From NCBI RefSeq assembly GCF_009914755.1, contig NC_060944.1: a DNA stretch of 64,000 nucleotides. One strand, written 5' to 3'. Position numbers and translations under genes: made by a program. Every line of letters starts with the position of its first letter. Within the stretch, counting starts at the first letter, position 1. The DNA comes from the human T2T-CHM13v2.0 reference genome, Homo sapiens. Shown one piece after another: positions 44,707 through 59,189 of this stretch. Under the pieces are notes generated by a model, which worked only from the letters and a program-made list of their open reading frames with translations, had not been told where the DNA came from and ran no database searches.

Positions 44707-45929
44707 CAGAATACAGGCTGTCTGCTGTTTTCCTCCATGTGTCAAAAGCTCACAGCATAGATGATGGATTTTCTTAACAAAGGGAACATCGTGTTTGTCA
44801 TTATTAATAAATTGTCATCCTCCTTTTTTGATATGTTTGATTTTAAATTATGCTCTGAGGTTTTAGAAGCCCCTTTGACACATCTAACTATAGCACAGTA
44901 CCATGGAAGGAAGTAGATATCATTACAAAATAGGAAAACTTAAATCTCACCAATAAAGAACTCATCAACTAGGGAGATGCTGCGGACTCATTGTAAAAGT
45001 GTCTGTGCATTCTATTAACAAACAGGCGTCATTATGATAGCTAGAAGCATTGACCTTGGATGAAAGTTGAGGGGAATATAATGCTTTTCATGCTTTGTCG
45101 GGGGTTTAAACAGGAAGGCACATAGGATCCTAATTGTCTGCTTTGCACACACCATTACCCCTCAGGGCATGTGGATTTTTTATGCATTGCAGTGGTAAGG
45201 GCTGTGCATACAAATTTTGCTGGCAGACAGGTGGTAGCATATGTCAAAAAGACTGGGGGGATAGTTTAAAACATGGCTGAAAAGTTGTCTATACTTTAGA
45301 ATTTTTAAGTTTGACAAATACTGACTCAATGAGGAGGAAAAAGCTAACTACTTTTTCCATTGACTAGTTTTCAAATTGCTATAGTTCATGCACTTTTATT
45401 TTCAGCAAGGATGATTGTACAAATAATGATTAAAATTGACCATTTAGCTTCGACTCTTTGCTAGGAAGGCAAGCACTTCCATGAGACCACCTTTCTTTCC
45501 TATTTTGATTTCTCATATGCATTATTTTATATTTTTAACAAACTGCCTAAAATATCGCTAAACAAGGTAACTTGAATGAGTGCTATTTAAGTTTTATTCT
45601 GCCAATTGAACTATTTGCACTATTTTATATAAACTGCATCAAATTGGATATACTTTGTAACACGGTGTGATATGGAGAGGGCTTAGAGTTTACCATCAGG
45701 TGTACTTGGATTCAAATCTCCCTTTACACCATTTTATAAAACTGAGCAAATTACTTCATCTTTCAGCACCTCATGTGAAATTGGAATAACAATAGCTATT
45801 TCTCTGTGTTAGTTTGCAGATTAAATAGGTGGAAGAAGATACAGAACAGCTGGTGTGGTAGTTGACACAGTCACTAATTAGAAGAACTTGTTGTTATATG
45901 TATCATTTTTATAGAGAACTGAACAGAGT

Positions 45930-46261
<332 letters not shown>

Positions 46262-46766
46262 TCAATATTGAGATAACATTTCCTTATTTCCTATAATCAC
46301 TTCTTTAATGTTGTAACAGGTGTATTCAATCCATTGATATTCTATTGGCTCACTCACAGAGGTTACCTAAAGAGAGTTCCCATATAGTCCTAAGAATGTT
46401 TTCCGGCTATGGAAATGCAAGAGAGCACACCAGGAATGACTGTCCACCAGTGATGGATGAGACTGAACAGATAAATGCTGCAGTTTCCAGGCTACTTAGG
46501 GACATCCTAAGATGTGTTCTTCATTCTGTCTCCAAATGGCACTAGTGTTTTGAGCCTCAGTTGCCCAAAATGGTAAACCGCTAAATTAACACAGTCTTTA
46601 AAGACCTTCTTCCCTCCTTGTCTTACTTCCCCACTCCTCACTGTGCTTTCTGCAATCATCTCCAAAATAAATTACTTGTCCTCAGATCTTTGACTTGGGT
46701 CAGCTTCTGGGGCATCCAGACAAAGATCCTGTCTGCCAAGCATGTGTATTGCAACCTGGGAAACTA

Positions 46767-46820
46767 TTAGATTGGTGCAAAAGTAATTGGGGTTTTGCCA
46801 TTACTTTTGCACCAACCTAA
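46767..46820 (+). mobile_element. MADE1 with internal deletion (54 bp)
   Basis: ttagattggtgcaaaagtaattggggttttgccattacttttgcaccaacctaa with TA on both sides. Confidence 0.88.
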
Positions 46821-49802
46821 TAGCTCAGGCAATGCAACTTTTTGAAATAGGTAATAGCAGCATTTTCCCAGCTCTGAAGCTGTCTCTCCACATTCTGAGC
46901 CCAATTTTCTTGGTCCAAGGACTGTGGATACTTTATTTCAATCCCATTTTCTGCTTCTTCTATGGTCAGCCTGCCTGAATGCCCTCCAGCAGCCCCTTAT
47001 CTTTCCTTCCTTCCTAGCTCTCGAAACTGCATTAAACCAGACCCTGAGCTTGTTCCTGGAGATGAGGAAAATCTAGGATGCTATTTAGGGATGCTCCTTT
47101 AACTTTATTTATCTCTTCTCTCTGACTGCTTCCAAGAACAACCAAACTTTTAGCTCCATGGGAACTCCAGGGAACTTTTAGCTTCTCTGTTTGTGAACCA
47201 GGAGAATATTATCTGGATGATCGCCTTCCTGTTTCTTCTAATTTTTTTTTGTTTTAGACTTAAATAGTGTGTTCACTTTAGCTCAATCAATTCAAGCCTG
47301 ACAGCTTCAAACCGCTTTATTTCAGATGAAGATGCATGGCTAAGCTAATTATATTTTCTCTTCTTCATCAACAGTTTTCTATACTTATACAGAGACTTTA
47401 TAAATTCATCATTATTCCATCCCAAAACAAATATGAATACTCTTGTTATGGTAATGCCATTGCGGGATATGAAAGGGCAGTCCTCTACCAGCTCGTTTTT
47501 TTCCTAGTATGTACCCATAGTTGCTTTTCTTTGACATAGTCAGTCTGTTCTCCTTCTACTCCCTCTAGTTAAAAAAAAATAGCTAAAAAATATTTAAAGA
47601 TTTTCCATCTGTTACTTGTGGGAAAGAAATACTTAAACAAGTAACATCCTCCGAGTCTTTTGCTCTATTTAGAAGAATATTCACAGCACCATATTTCAGA
47701 GCCATCATTGATGCAAGTGGATAGGTGTTTCCTCTATAAAGGCTTGCTGGCTGTGTGAGCCGCCTAAGCCACTGGTACACCCTGGTGAACAGAATGATAG
47801 CCTTCATCACACTCATATATAAAAGAAAGAAACCTTGAAAATGAGAGGTATGAGGATAAGCATTGATTCAAAGGGAATTTGTTAGTCTGTGTTTTATTTT
47901 CTGAGATGCAAATGTTGAATTCAAGGGTTTGATGGGAAACCAGCCTGGACGTAAATTTATACATTTCCTCCACAATGAAATTTGAATAAAGCATAGCAAG
48001 TCGGCTCTGCCTTCAAAGAAAAGGTAGCTTTATCACTATGAAGCTGAATCACACGAATCTCACTTAAGTATAAGGAATCCATCTCTTTCATTTCCAACTG
48101 TTGTACTGAGTGCTACTGGAAAGCCTCTTATATGCTTGATGATTGATAGGAATGGATTTGAGTTCCATCCATATAACTGTAATTCAGATTGAGAATATTG
48201 CATTAAGTGCAGGGAATCAAATTAACCTACACAAATCATTGGATAAGCCTACAATCCAATAAAGATACATTTCATGAGTATGAAAAAATGAGTAAGGTAT
48301 ATCTTCTGCACGAAAAATGTTTCTGGTATCAAAAATAAAATCTAAAGGTCATGAAGAGATGTTTTATTTTCTAGATACTTGGCATGCAAATAAAATAACC
48401 TTTTTAAAAAGTGGTATTAAAAAGTAAGGATTCAAACCAGCATTTAACTCTTTTTTTAAATCATCCTTTAGCCTGTGTTTATTCCTTCCATTAATTTTGA
48501 ATATTTTAAATGATATAATGCAGTAACACATGCTGTAATTGAGTCCTTGCTTCTTAGGTGTAGAACAGTCTTTACTTTCTTCAGTGGCCAATTACCTGAA
48601 AATGGGAATCATTAACATGAGCTTTAACAAGAGCAAAACTCAACTTTCTTTGCAACAGACATGAAGTAATTTAATCACAAATCCTGATGATTGAGAGAAA
48701 ATGAATTTACTTAGTCAGACAGTCTTTATTTGGTAGCACTTATGGGAACAGAAATGATCTAGATTTAACTTTAAAAGTGGAATTCAATTATAGCTGCCAG
48801 GATTCTGAGTTGGTCTGGTTAATTTCAGCTGTGGAGATACATCTAGGATATTCTGCAGGTATTTACCTACTTGAGTAGGTAAATCCTTCTCTGGAAACTT
48901 CTTAGGAAGTTGAGTCTATAAGAAATACTCAGACATAAAGCTCCTTGGTAGAATAGGTTTGGGAGATAAGGTGGTTTGCATGCAAGTTGTCTATCAGTTT
49001 GTGTTATTGTTGCTATTTTGATTTTATTTGTTTGTTTCTGAAACACAGCCACCCATTTCCCAAGAACTGAGAATGTCATACTCTGGAAAACAACCACTTT
49101 TTACACATCTGTTTTCATCAAATTCCTTCTACCTATAAAGTCCTCTAAAAACTTGATGCATTTGCAGTTTGTCCGTCCAGACAATCCCCTCTTTGTGTAT
49201 TCTCTGAAAGTCTGAAAACAACTGAGGACAACTTGAAGGTACAAGTGTCTTTCTCGGTCTACCCCTTGCGTATCAATATGCTCAACAAAGAGCTGCATTC
49301 AAAAATAGATACGTTATTGAGTACAGGTCAAATAAAGAGTGAACTTGTTTCTTAAAGGAGAATTCTAACATAATCAAGGTTAGTGTTGATAAAAATGAAA
49401 TAAATGAAGAAAAGATACAGTTTTAAAGATAAAATGACCAGTGCTGGAAAAGAAAGCAAAGCATAGTTTAAATCAATGTGCTCCATCACCGAAAAAGCAC
49501 GTTAGTAAGAAACTTGGCTTGTTACATACTTTAAATTCTCTGTTTACATTCAGAACTATATGGTTTTAAAATATTGTGGTTTCTTCTGAGTAAGTGTTTC
49601 TCAAATCTAAGTGTTCCTTTAGTTCATACACAGAAACCTTTTTAAATTTTTTTTTCCCAAATGTTAACCATCCAGATGTAGAATCATGTGGTGAGTCCTC
49701 AAATACTTACCCTTCAGATTCAATCAGCAGCATCATTTTACCAGCCTGTTTCATCCACCTAATTCCAGACATCACTTCTAAATACTTCATTATAAATTTC
49801 TA

Positions 49803-50169
<367 letters not shown>

Positions 50170-52192
50170 TCAGAGAGTTGGTCATGTTTCTTATAAATTC
50201 TTAGTGGAAATCCCAGAAGCTCTTTTCCAGAATTGTTTTCTACTCTGAGCACCTACTCTGGGTGGTCTTTACTTGCCTCGAGTTCCTTTATCTTAAGGAT
50301 GATTCAAGAGAATCCCTGACCCCCAAACCTAGTATCTGCAATTCTGAGAGGTGGCGATCTTTAACCAATCATCTGTTTATCAAGTTTTGAGCAAAAGTAT
50401 TTTGAATGGACATGAGAATTAGGCAGTAAAATAATGTAGACTGAACAAAAAATGCTTGGGGGAGAAAAAAGCCGGAGAATGAGTTGTGTGGCTATCACTG
50501 GAAGGAAAGAAAGGGTCCAATGTATAGATCTGATTCATCTCCAAATATTTTCCCACTAAAGACTGTGGAAGTAAATATATTGATGGACTCTGTAATCACT
50601 GATTTAAAATGTGTGATTTATAATTACAAGTTTCAGGTGATTTCTGAGAATGCTTTTTCTCTTCTGAGTATACCAAAAAGAACCCCACAAAATTACAAGT
50701 ACGAATATGTTTTCTCTTTGAACCTTGTCTCAATGGTGTTCAAAAACTTTGATGCAATTAATCAATTCATAAAACACCTTGTTATCAAGTTTAATTAGCC
50801 TTCACAAAACATTCATTCTTCCCGAACATTCTCCTTTAATCTTTCGTTAATGGTAGAGTGCTAAATGTTTCCCTTTTTTGCTATTATTGTTTATTTAATA
50901 AAACTTTTGATATAGACCTCTCCTTTTCTGGGTCATGCAAATTGATGTTTTAGTGATAGCATTTGATCTTTCTAGGAGGCTTGATGTACTTGATAAGGTT
51001 TCAACTTGTTAGTGAAAGTGAGATTTCAGTTATATTAGGCAGAGCTTTGAAATGGGGTTTTTCTTTCTTCATAACTTTCCTGAAAAGGTGACTTTTCATG
51101 CAGCCAAACAGAGAAAGTTTTATTAACTAAAGAGAGAATTAATGGCACCAAGTAAAGTAACTCAGCTGGAAAGGTTTTGTTTGTTTTCTTTCTTGGTTGT
51201 GTGTGGTTTATTTAAACATCTACTATTTTTTTAAACATCTACTATTTAGATTTTTTTTAAACATCTACTATTTCTTCATAAGGATGCTGTATATCAAAAC
51301 CTCCAAAAAGGTCAGAATAGCCAGTCTAAGTAATCAGGACCTGTTGGCCCAGTATTTAGCTAAATAAATAAGAATGTAAGTGTACTCCTGGCTCAGAAGC
51401 TGGCCAGCAAATTTGCTAAGTGATTGATTTGATGCTAATTTTCTGCATGGACTTCTCATTTCCTTCAGGGCCTGTCCTATGGGAGGAAATAACTTCAGCC
51501 AAGCTGACTGAGCCCTATTTTAGGTTTCACTTTGAGCTTTGAATGTTTGGAAAACTCCCTTTCCCAGCAGGACTACATCTCCAAAGGATTTCCATTTATG
51601 ATGACCCAAAGAATGCAACTTGCTCTAAAAAGACTGCAGAAGTTCCCTATGTCCAAATCCCAGTACATTCCGAGGACAGAACTGAAATCAACATATGCAT
51701 GGCAGGCACTACGATTTTGCTCACGCTAATTCTGTGTCTCTTTGCATCAGTACTGACTGTTGGAGCAGGTCTACGCTGAGAGCCAGGGCTGTGTTTCTTC
51801 CCTAGTCCTACGTAGGCATTGTCATATTTTAATTTCAGAATAACCACCTTCTTTGTCTTAGTGCATTCAGGAATTAAGGAGAAGAATAGAGATTTTTCAT
51901 TGCAATACACAATTTATGGGATGATTGAAGGAAATAGAGAACCATGACACATAAAAATGTGTGATAGGATCACAGAAAGAGCACTTAACTGCAGGCTATA
52001 GTCTTGAGCCAGAAATTGTCTCTCCACTACCTCTGGGCAAGTTGCTTCATCTCTCTAGGCCATTTGTGGAATGGGAGCCTTAAACTCCTACAATTTTCTA
52101 GTAAGAATAAAAGCAACTTTGTTTTGAAATCATTCTAACTCAACAGAAGTTGAAGTTATGCTATCACGTTGGAATCTCTAGTTATAGACTAA

Positions 52193-52402
<210 letters not shown>

Positions 52403-52575
52403 TGAGCTATCATACTAATGCCTGCAAAAGACTGAATTTTTGTCATATTTAGCATGTGTTAAAATTTCACCTAAAAATAATTCAGCTGCCAAGTATAAGT
52501 GCAATTAAAATACTTCTAAATAATGGCATCAACTTAAGAATTATGGAGATTTTTTTCATAAAGAATAAGCCATTT

Positions 52576-52879
52576 GGCCGGGCACGGTGGCTCATGCCTA
52601 TAATCCCAGCACTTTGGGAGGCCGAGGCGGACAGATCACTTGAGGTCAGGAGTTTGAGATGAGCCTGGCCAACATGGTGAATCCCTGTCTCTACTAAAAA
52701 TACAAAATTAGCTGGGTGTGGTGGCGGGCACCTCTAATCCCAGCTAATTGGGAGGCTAAGGCAGGAGAATCGCTTGAACCCAGGAGGTGGAGGTTGCAGT
52801 GAGCCAAGATTTGCCACTGCACTCCAGCCTGGGTGACAGAGTGAGACTGTATCTCAAAAAAAATAAATAAATAAATAAA
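52576..52879 (+). mobile_element. Alu (S-type)
   Basis: Full dimer, (TAAA)n tail, TSD agaataag(c/g)cattt. Confidence 0.92.
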
Positions 52880-53701
52880 GAGAATAAGGCATTTGATATA
52901 GTTTCTTTGCATAACAAAATACAAATAAAACCACATTCTATTTCATCTAAACACTTTCTCCCAAGTCATTCTCTCTTAGCCTCATCCCTATGCCACTTCT
53001 AAGTCCGTGTCATTTCCAGCTCTCTCCTAGGGGACAGACATCTTCAGCCCTCTTTAAACTTCTTAATCCCTGGGCAGCAACTAGCCCACCATAATCCATG
53101 TAGTAGTTACTCAGTTAATATGTAGACTAATGAAAAACTAACAGTTTAAAATAAAAATTTTAGATAATAATGAAAATAATATTAAGTAAGAACAAATAAT
53201 ATTTATTCAATTACGGATTAGAAAGATGAATTAGATATGGCCCACCCACTGAGGAGCTGCCATTTCACTAGGAGCAAGCCTTTCAGATATTTACAAAAAT
53301 AGCTAGAAAACAGGTATAATGTAGCAAACAAGAAGCTGTGAACATCTAGGACCCCTGGATTCAAGTGCAATGCTTTCTCTAGAAACGTCCAATTGTCATT
53401 GAAAGAATACTGAAATGAACATATTTAAAGAAGAGCTTTCTTTTTCCATTTTTATAGTTTATAAAATACTAGTGATAGTCCTTCTCCTTCATATAACTTC
53501 CTTCAAGAGTTGAGAATATGAATCTAAGAATACTTTGAGTTCTGCATATAATATATGTGCCTTACAGAGCTTCTCATGTCATGCATCACAACTACAGGGT
53601 CACTTCATGTCAGTGTGCATTGTCTAAGTATTGTGATCTACAATTTTTTAACCCTCAGTGCTCTGGTGATTTTCTGAGCTACACCAGATGTGTTGGCCTG
53701 G

Positions 53702-53725
53702 TTCCTTTCTTTCTTTTCTTTCTTT

Positions 53726-53776
<51 letters not shown>

Positions 53777-53960
53777 CTCTCTTTCTTTTCTTTCTTTCTT
53801 TCTCTTTCCTTTCTTTCCTCTCTTCTTTCCTTTCTTTCTCTCTTTCTTTTCTTTCTTTCTTCTTTCTTTCTTTCTTTCTTTCTTTCTCTTTCTTCTTTCC
53901 TTTCTTTCCTCTCTTCTTTCCTTTCTTTCCTTTCTTTCTTTTTCTCTCTCTCTCTTTCTT
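53702..53960 (+). repeat. Complex (TTTC)n/(TC)n microsatellite, 259 nt purine-free
   Basis: Only C and T from 53702 to 53960; abuts the T-tail of a - strand Alu. Confidence 0.95.
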
Positions 53961-54186
<226 letters not shown>

Positions 54187-55004
54187 GTCCTGGTTTCTGT
54201 GTCATTAGTGATTATTGGCAGGGATTTATTTCTAACACTTATGTAATATTGACTTTAATTCTTATAATGGGATGCATAAAATGCCAACCAGTTTTAATAT
54301 TCTAATGTCTTTAGAAACTACTCTTTCCAAGTATGTTGTAAACAGAATCTACTTTCTCTCTTTATAAGCCAAGTTACCCATTTATTTCTATAGTATCATT
54401 TATACTTGGAGAGATTTCAGTTCAATGAACATTGTCTGTGTGACATATACTTTATTTTGCTGTATATGAATGGATAGTTGGATGGATAAATTAATACAGA
54501 AAAAACAGATTCTAAGTGTTTGCAAAATATTTTTAAAATATGTTTCCACAAATGAACTATATTCCTTTTATAAAAAGTGACCAATTTATGGGATGCACTA
54601 AATCTCAATTAAAAACATGCAATAAATGGCAGTGGCTTTCAGGGAAGCTTTTGCTAAGAGTAAATATATTTATATTACACATCAATCTGCATATCTTAAG
54701 TTGCATTAAGCCTTTGTGCAGTCCTATCTAAAATATATTTAATTTCCTCTTCTCTGTGGGTTCCTAGCCACTAATTTTCCTTAGGGATTTTTATCTCCAA
54801 TCCCTGTAATATTCCCTCTCAGGAGTGCATCTGTAGAGATTTTCCCAGGGGCTACTTGATGTTCCCAGTATAATTAATGAAGCTATGGAGAATATTTTGC
54901 CTTCCCTGGCTGTGATGTTCTATAGAGTATTTTCCCCCACACTGAAAGTGCTCAGCCAGAAACTTAAGATTTGCAAGTACCACTGTTACCTTGGAGCATC
55001 ACGT

Positions 55005-55145
55005 ATCACAGTCACACAGGGAGCCTGTTAAAACACAGATTGTTGGGCCCCAGCCCCAGCAGGTCTGGGATGGAGCCTGAGCATCTTCATTTCTAACTGG
55101 TCCCAGGTGATGCTAATGCTGCTGGTCCAGGCACCACACTTTGAC
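55005..55145. mobile_element. MER5A-like MITE
   Basis: gttaaaacacagattgttgggcccc...caggtgatgctaatgctgctggtcc...accacactttga. Confidence 0.7.
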
Positions 55146-56221
55146 AATCTCTTCCTTAGAGAAGCTTGGGCACAGTGTTGCCAGATCTTGAATTTTCTTC
55201 TAAAAGGAGCTGCAAAATCCATGAAAGATGTTAAATATTGGCAACAGTTGTTTAAAAACACCATGTGAACCAAAAAAACATTAACTATGGTCTGAGTAAG
55301 ACTTGGGAGCTTCCATTTGGCAGCTTTTTGGTCTAGATTCACATTAAGTAAGAAAAACATTGTGCTAAATAAAACCTCAGGTCCTGACCACTGAATACAA
55401 TGGGGGAAGCACGTAACATTATCTTGCAGAGCAGAATCAGCACTCTCCACCACATTTGTTCATTCTCTAACTTCCAAACCATTCCTAGAGCCCTCTGGGT
55501 GCCTAAGAAATGTGACCTTTTAGCACAGCATTTTTCAGTAGACAGAGAACCATCTGCCCCCTTAATGGTCATTGTGGAAATTTTTCAGAAGTTTTATAAT
55601 AGGCCACTTTTTTGTGACTTAGATTGGATCCTATTCTTAACCACAGCATCTCTCATCCCCTATAAAGGAAAGAGAGACAGAATAATATAAAAAGAAAATA
55701 TTTTGGATGTCTCCAGGTTCCATTTTTAAACATGTAACTTGAAAATTAGAGAATAAGGGAGACAAATCATGCCTTTGGGCCAAATTTAAAAGTCAAGAAG
55801 AACACAATCACTACACAATGTCCTTACAACACTCAACCCATTAATTCAACAAATGAAAACCAAGCAAATGAGAAATTACTCCTGGAGGAGACAAATATGG
55901 GTTTTTTTTGTTTTTTGTTTTTTGTTTTTTTTTTTTTTGCCTGCTGAAAAAGGTAAGACTTTGTTGCAAATAAAATATGTTCCCCTGAAAGGCCATAATT
56001 TTGACTCTTTTTGAGAAGGAACTAAGTGGCACAGAACTCATACTCATGAGTTCTGTAATTTGGGCCCCAGGAAGGAACACAGTAAACGGGAGAGAGCACT
56101 AGAGAAGATGTCTATAAATGAGAAATGTTAGCAATACTCTTCTGCCAAATGGATATGAGCCTTCAAGCCCGTTGACAGTTTGGGTACATTCTTCATCCAT
56201 AAAATGAAGAACTTGGATTCG

Positions 56222-56970
56222 TTCACTCATTTATTCAACAACATTTTGTTAAGCCTTCTGCAATGTGCCAAGTCCTATTCTAGATACTGGAGATCAAGCA
56301 GTGAAGAAAACAGATAAAGACCCTTGCCGATGTGGAGCATACATTCTAGTGTGGGAGACACAATAAGTAAAATAAAGAAGTCAGCCACGCAGTGTATTAG
56401 GAAGAGAGTGATATTGACAAAAATGAGATAGGGATGGAGAGTGCAGTGGAAAAGGGCATTAAATAGGGTGGTCAGTGTAGCCATCTCTAGGAAGTGACAC
56501 TTAAGCAAAGACTGGAAGGAGGTGAGGGAATAAGTCAGGAGGATGTCTGGAGAGACAGCACTGCGCTTGCACTACAGCAGGTGCAAAAGCCCTGAGGCAA
56601 AAGATAGTCTGGTGTACTTTAGGAACAGCCAAGGGCAAGCGTGACAGCAGCTGGGTAAGCAAGATTGAGGGAAGGTAGTAGCAGAGGGAACTGAGGAGGC
56701 AACTGCAACTGATTTTGCTGTAGGATGGCATAGGCTTTTGAAGGACTTTGGCTTTTACTGTGAGTGAGATGGAAGCCCCGAGAGGGTTTCAGCTGAGGAC
56801 AGATGTGATTTGACTTAACATTTAATCCATAATGGACCGCATGGGGGAGGGGAAATAATGGAAGCAAGCAGATTCGTTACCAAACTATTGAAATATTTAG
56901 GTGAGTTGCTAATGACTTAGACCAACGTGGAATGTGGAGGAAATAAAAAGGAATCCAAATTTGCATGTAT

Positions 56971-57012
<42 letters not shown>

Positions 57013-57440
57013 TATAAAGAAGGAAGTGATGGCATGTGTTTATGGATTTTATGTTGCATGTGAAAGAAAGATGCATGGAATCAAAGACGATGTTAAAGTT
57101 CTGGCCCAAGAGGAAAAGATAGAAATATCATTTACTGACATAGGGAAAATATAAAATAGAATATAATTTTTTGTTTAGAAGTATATAGCAGAAGTTCAGT
57201 TTTGGTTACGTTCAGTTTGAGATTATTATTAAATACTCAATTGGGTGATTTTGAGTAGGTAGTTGGATATATGAGCCTGGAGGTGAGTGCCAAATATAAC
57301 ACGTAAATTTGGGGGTCATTGGGTATTTGATTGTATTAAAAAGTCATCATACTTTTTAATGAAGCTGGATGAGATCAGCCAGGAAGTGACTGTAGATAGA
57401 GATGTCCAAGGGCTGAATCATGGACAGTCCAACATAAAAA
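56222..57440 (-). mobile_element. L2a
   Basis: Starts ttcactcatttattcaacaacatttt; typical antisense L2 body. Confidence 0.7.
56973..57009 (+). repeat. (CA)n microsatellite
   Basis: Direct reading. Confidence 0.95.
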
Positions 57441-57509
57441 GAATCAGAAAAACAGAAGCTGAGAGGAGGCAGCCAGTTAATGCCATGCTCATGGGAACTG
57501 AGCCAGATT

Positions 57510-58020
57510 ATTTAATGTTTTACTGAAATGTAGCATACACAGAAAAGTGCACAGTTTCTTACTCCATACCCTGATGGAGTTTTGAAAAAGGAATATATCC
57601 ACCTAATCAACATCCAGATCAAGAAACAGAGCATAACCAGCACCCTAGATATCCACCCTACTAACACCTCTATATCGGCAGTTAACATGATAGATTAGTC
57701 TTACCTGTTTTTAAAATATCTGTAAATGAAATCATACAATAAAGTCTTTTTGGTCTGACTTCTATTATTCAACATTATATTATGAGATTTATGAGATTCT
57801 TCTATATTTTCTGTGTAATTGTAGTTTGTCCATTCTCTTTGCTAAGTAGTAGCCAGTAATTTACTTACAGTTCATGGGCATTCTTGTAGTTGTAAGTTTA
57901 GGGCTGCTACAAATAATGATGCTGCAAACATCTGCCTTTCAGAGAGCTAGATATTGGAGTGTAATGACTGGTCATAGATCTTTGTGTGTACTGCTTTGAT
58001 AGATACTGTCCTTTTCTCAA
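57510..58020 (-). mobile_element. Old L1M fragment
   Basis: aatgtagcatacacagaaaagtgcaca...ccagatcaagaaacagagcat... Confidence 0.6.
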
Positions 58021-59109
58021 ACTTGTTGAGCCATTTTGATTTTTTAATATTATTTCACACATAAAAGAAAAATTTATCAGAGGATCTCTGTAGGTTAAAT
58101 TATTACATTTTGAAGTAGCTGTCATGTCACAGAAGAAATGCGCTCTCTAAAAATATGTTATATAAAGTGAACATTAGTCTTTAATGTTTGTAATTTTAGA
58201 TTCTTCCCCCTCTGTAGCTGTGAGTATCTTGGAGAGTCTAATTCACTTATTTCAAGGATATGAGTGAGATTTTCTGGAAGTTTTCGTTAACTTCGTCTAT
58301 ATCAGTTTCTTGTGCACAATCTAGATAACACACCAGCTCTCTGAATTTCCTAACTAGCTCTCACATCTCTTTCCTGCTCCCCATTCTTCCTGCCATCTTG
58401 TTAAGCCCTTGACAGGTCTCATGGATAGTCATTACCTACCTATTTCCTGAAATTCTCTCACACTTTGCTCTACAAATCTGCCTGCTCATCTGCATAAGAA
58501 TGGCCTTTTAAAACAACAAACTCATTCCTGATCATATTTTAAATCATTTTCATTCTCTATTACCTGCAAAATGAAGTTTCTGTGCATTTAGTGAACAAAC
58601 ATTTATTGAGGGCCTAGTATGTGCCAAGCACCTCGCTGGGCACTGAGGATTCATCAGTGACCCAACATAGTCCCTACCCTCAGGTACTGATGATCCACCA
58701 CTTTGACTGTTGCACCATTCTGTTCTAGCAGCTCCTAACTACTTGTGATTCTTCTACCTTTACAATTGTAATATTAATGCCTTTATAATATGGTAGTTTC
58801 CTAGACTGCCTTTCTCTCTTTTGTCCACCAAGAAAAGTCCTAGGCCTCCCGAGGGACTCAGCATCAACTCAGTTCATCCATCTCTCGCTCTATCTCATGA
58901 CTTCCATGCATAGCCCATTGTTCTTTCATCTGTTGTTCTGTGAACCTTGAACATATTTTCAATTACAGTCATTACACTGTAATTATCAATCAGTGTGTCT
59001 TATAATCTATCCTGTATTTGCGAGCTGATGAAAGTCAAAAACAGTAGTTTAGTCTGTTTTGTGTTCCCAGGATCTAGCTTAGTGCTTGGCTCAATAAATG
59101 CGAGAGGTG

Positions 59110-59189
59110 TGAGAGAGGAAAGGAAGGGAAAGGAAAGGAAGGAAAGGGGAAGGAGAAGGGAAAGGAAAAGGAAAAGGAAAAGGGGAGGC
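59110..59189 (+). repeat. (GGAAA)n purine-rich low-complexity repeat
   Basis: Direct reading. Confidence 0.85.

Noticed and set aside
51440-51815. Good acceptor (ttccttcAG at 51467-51468) with overlapping short ORFs
   Set aside because: No convincing donor and no PLCB1-like peptide.
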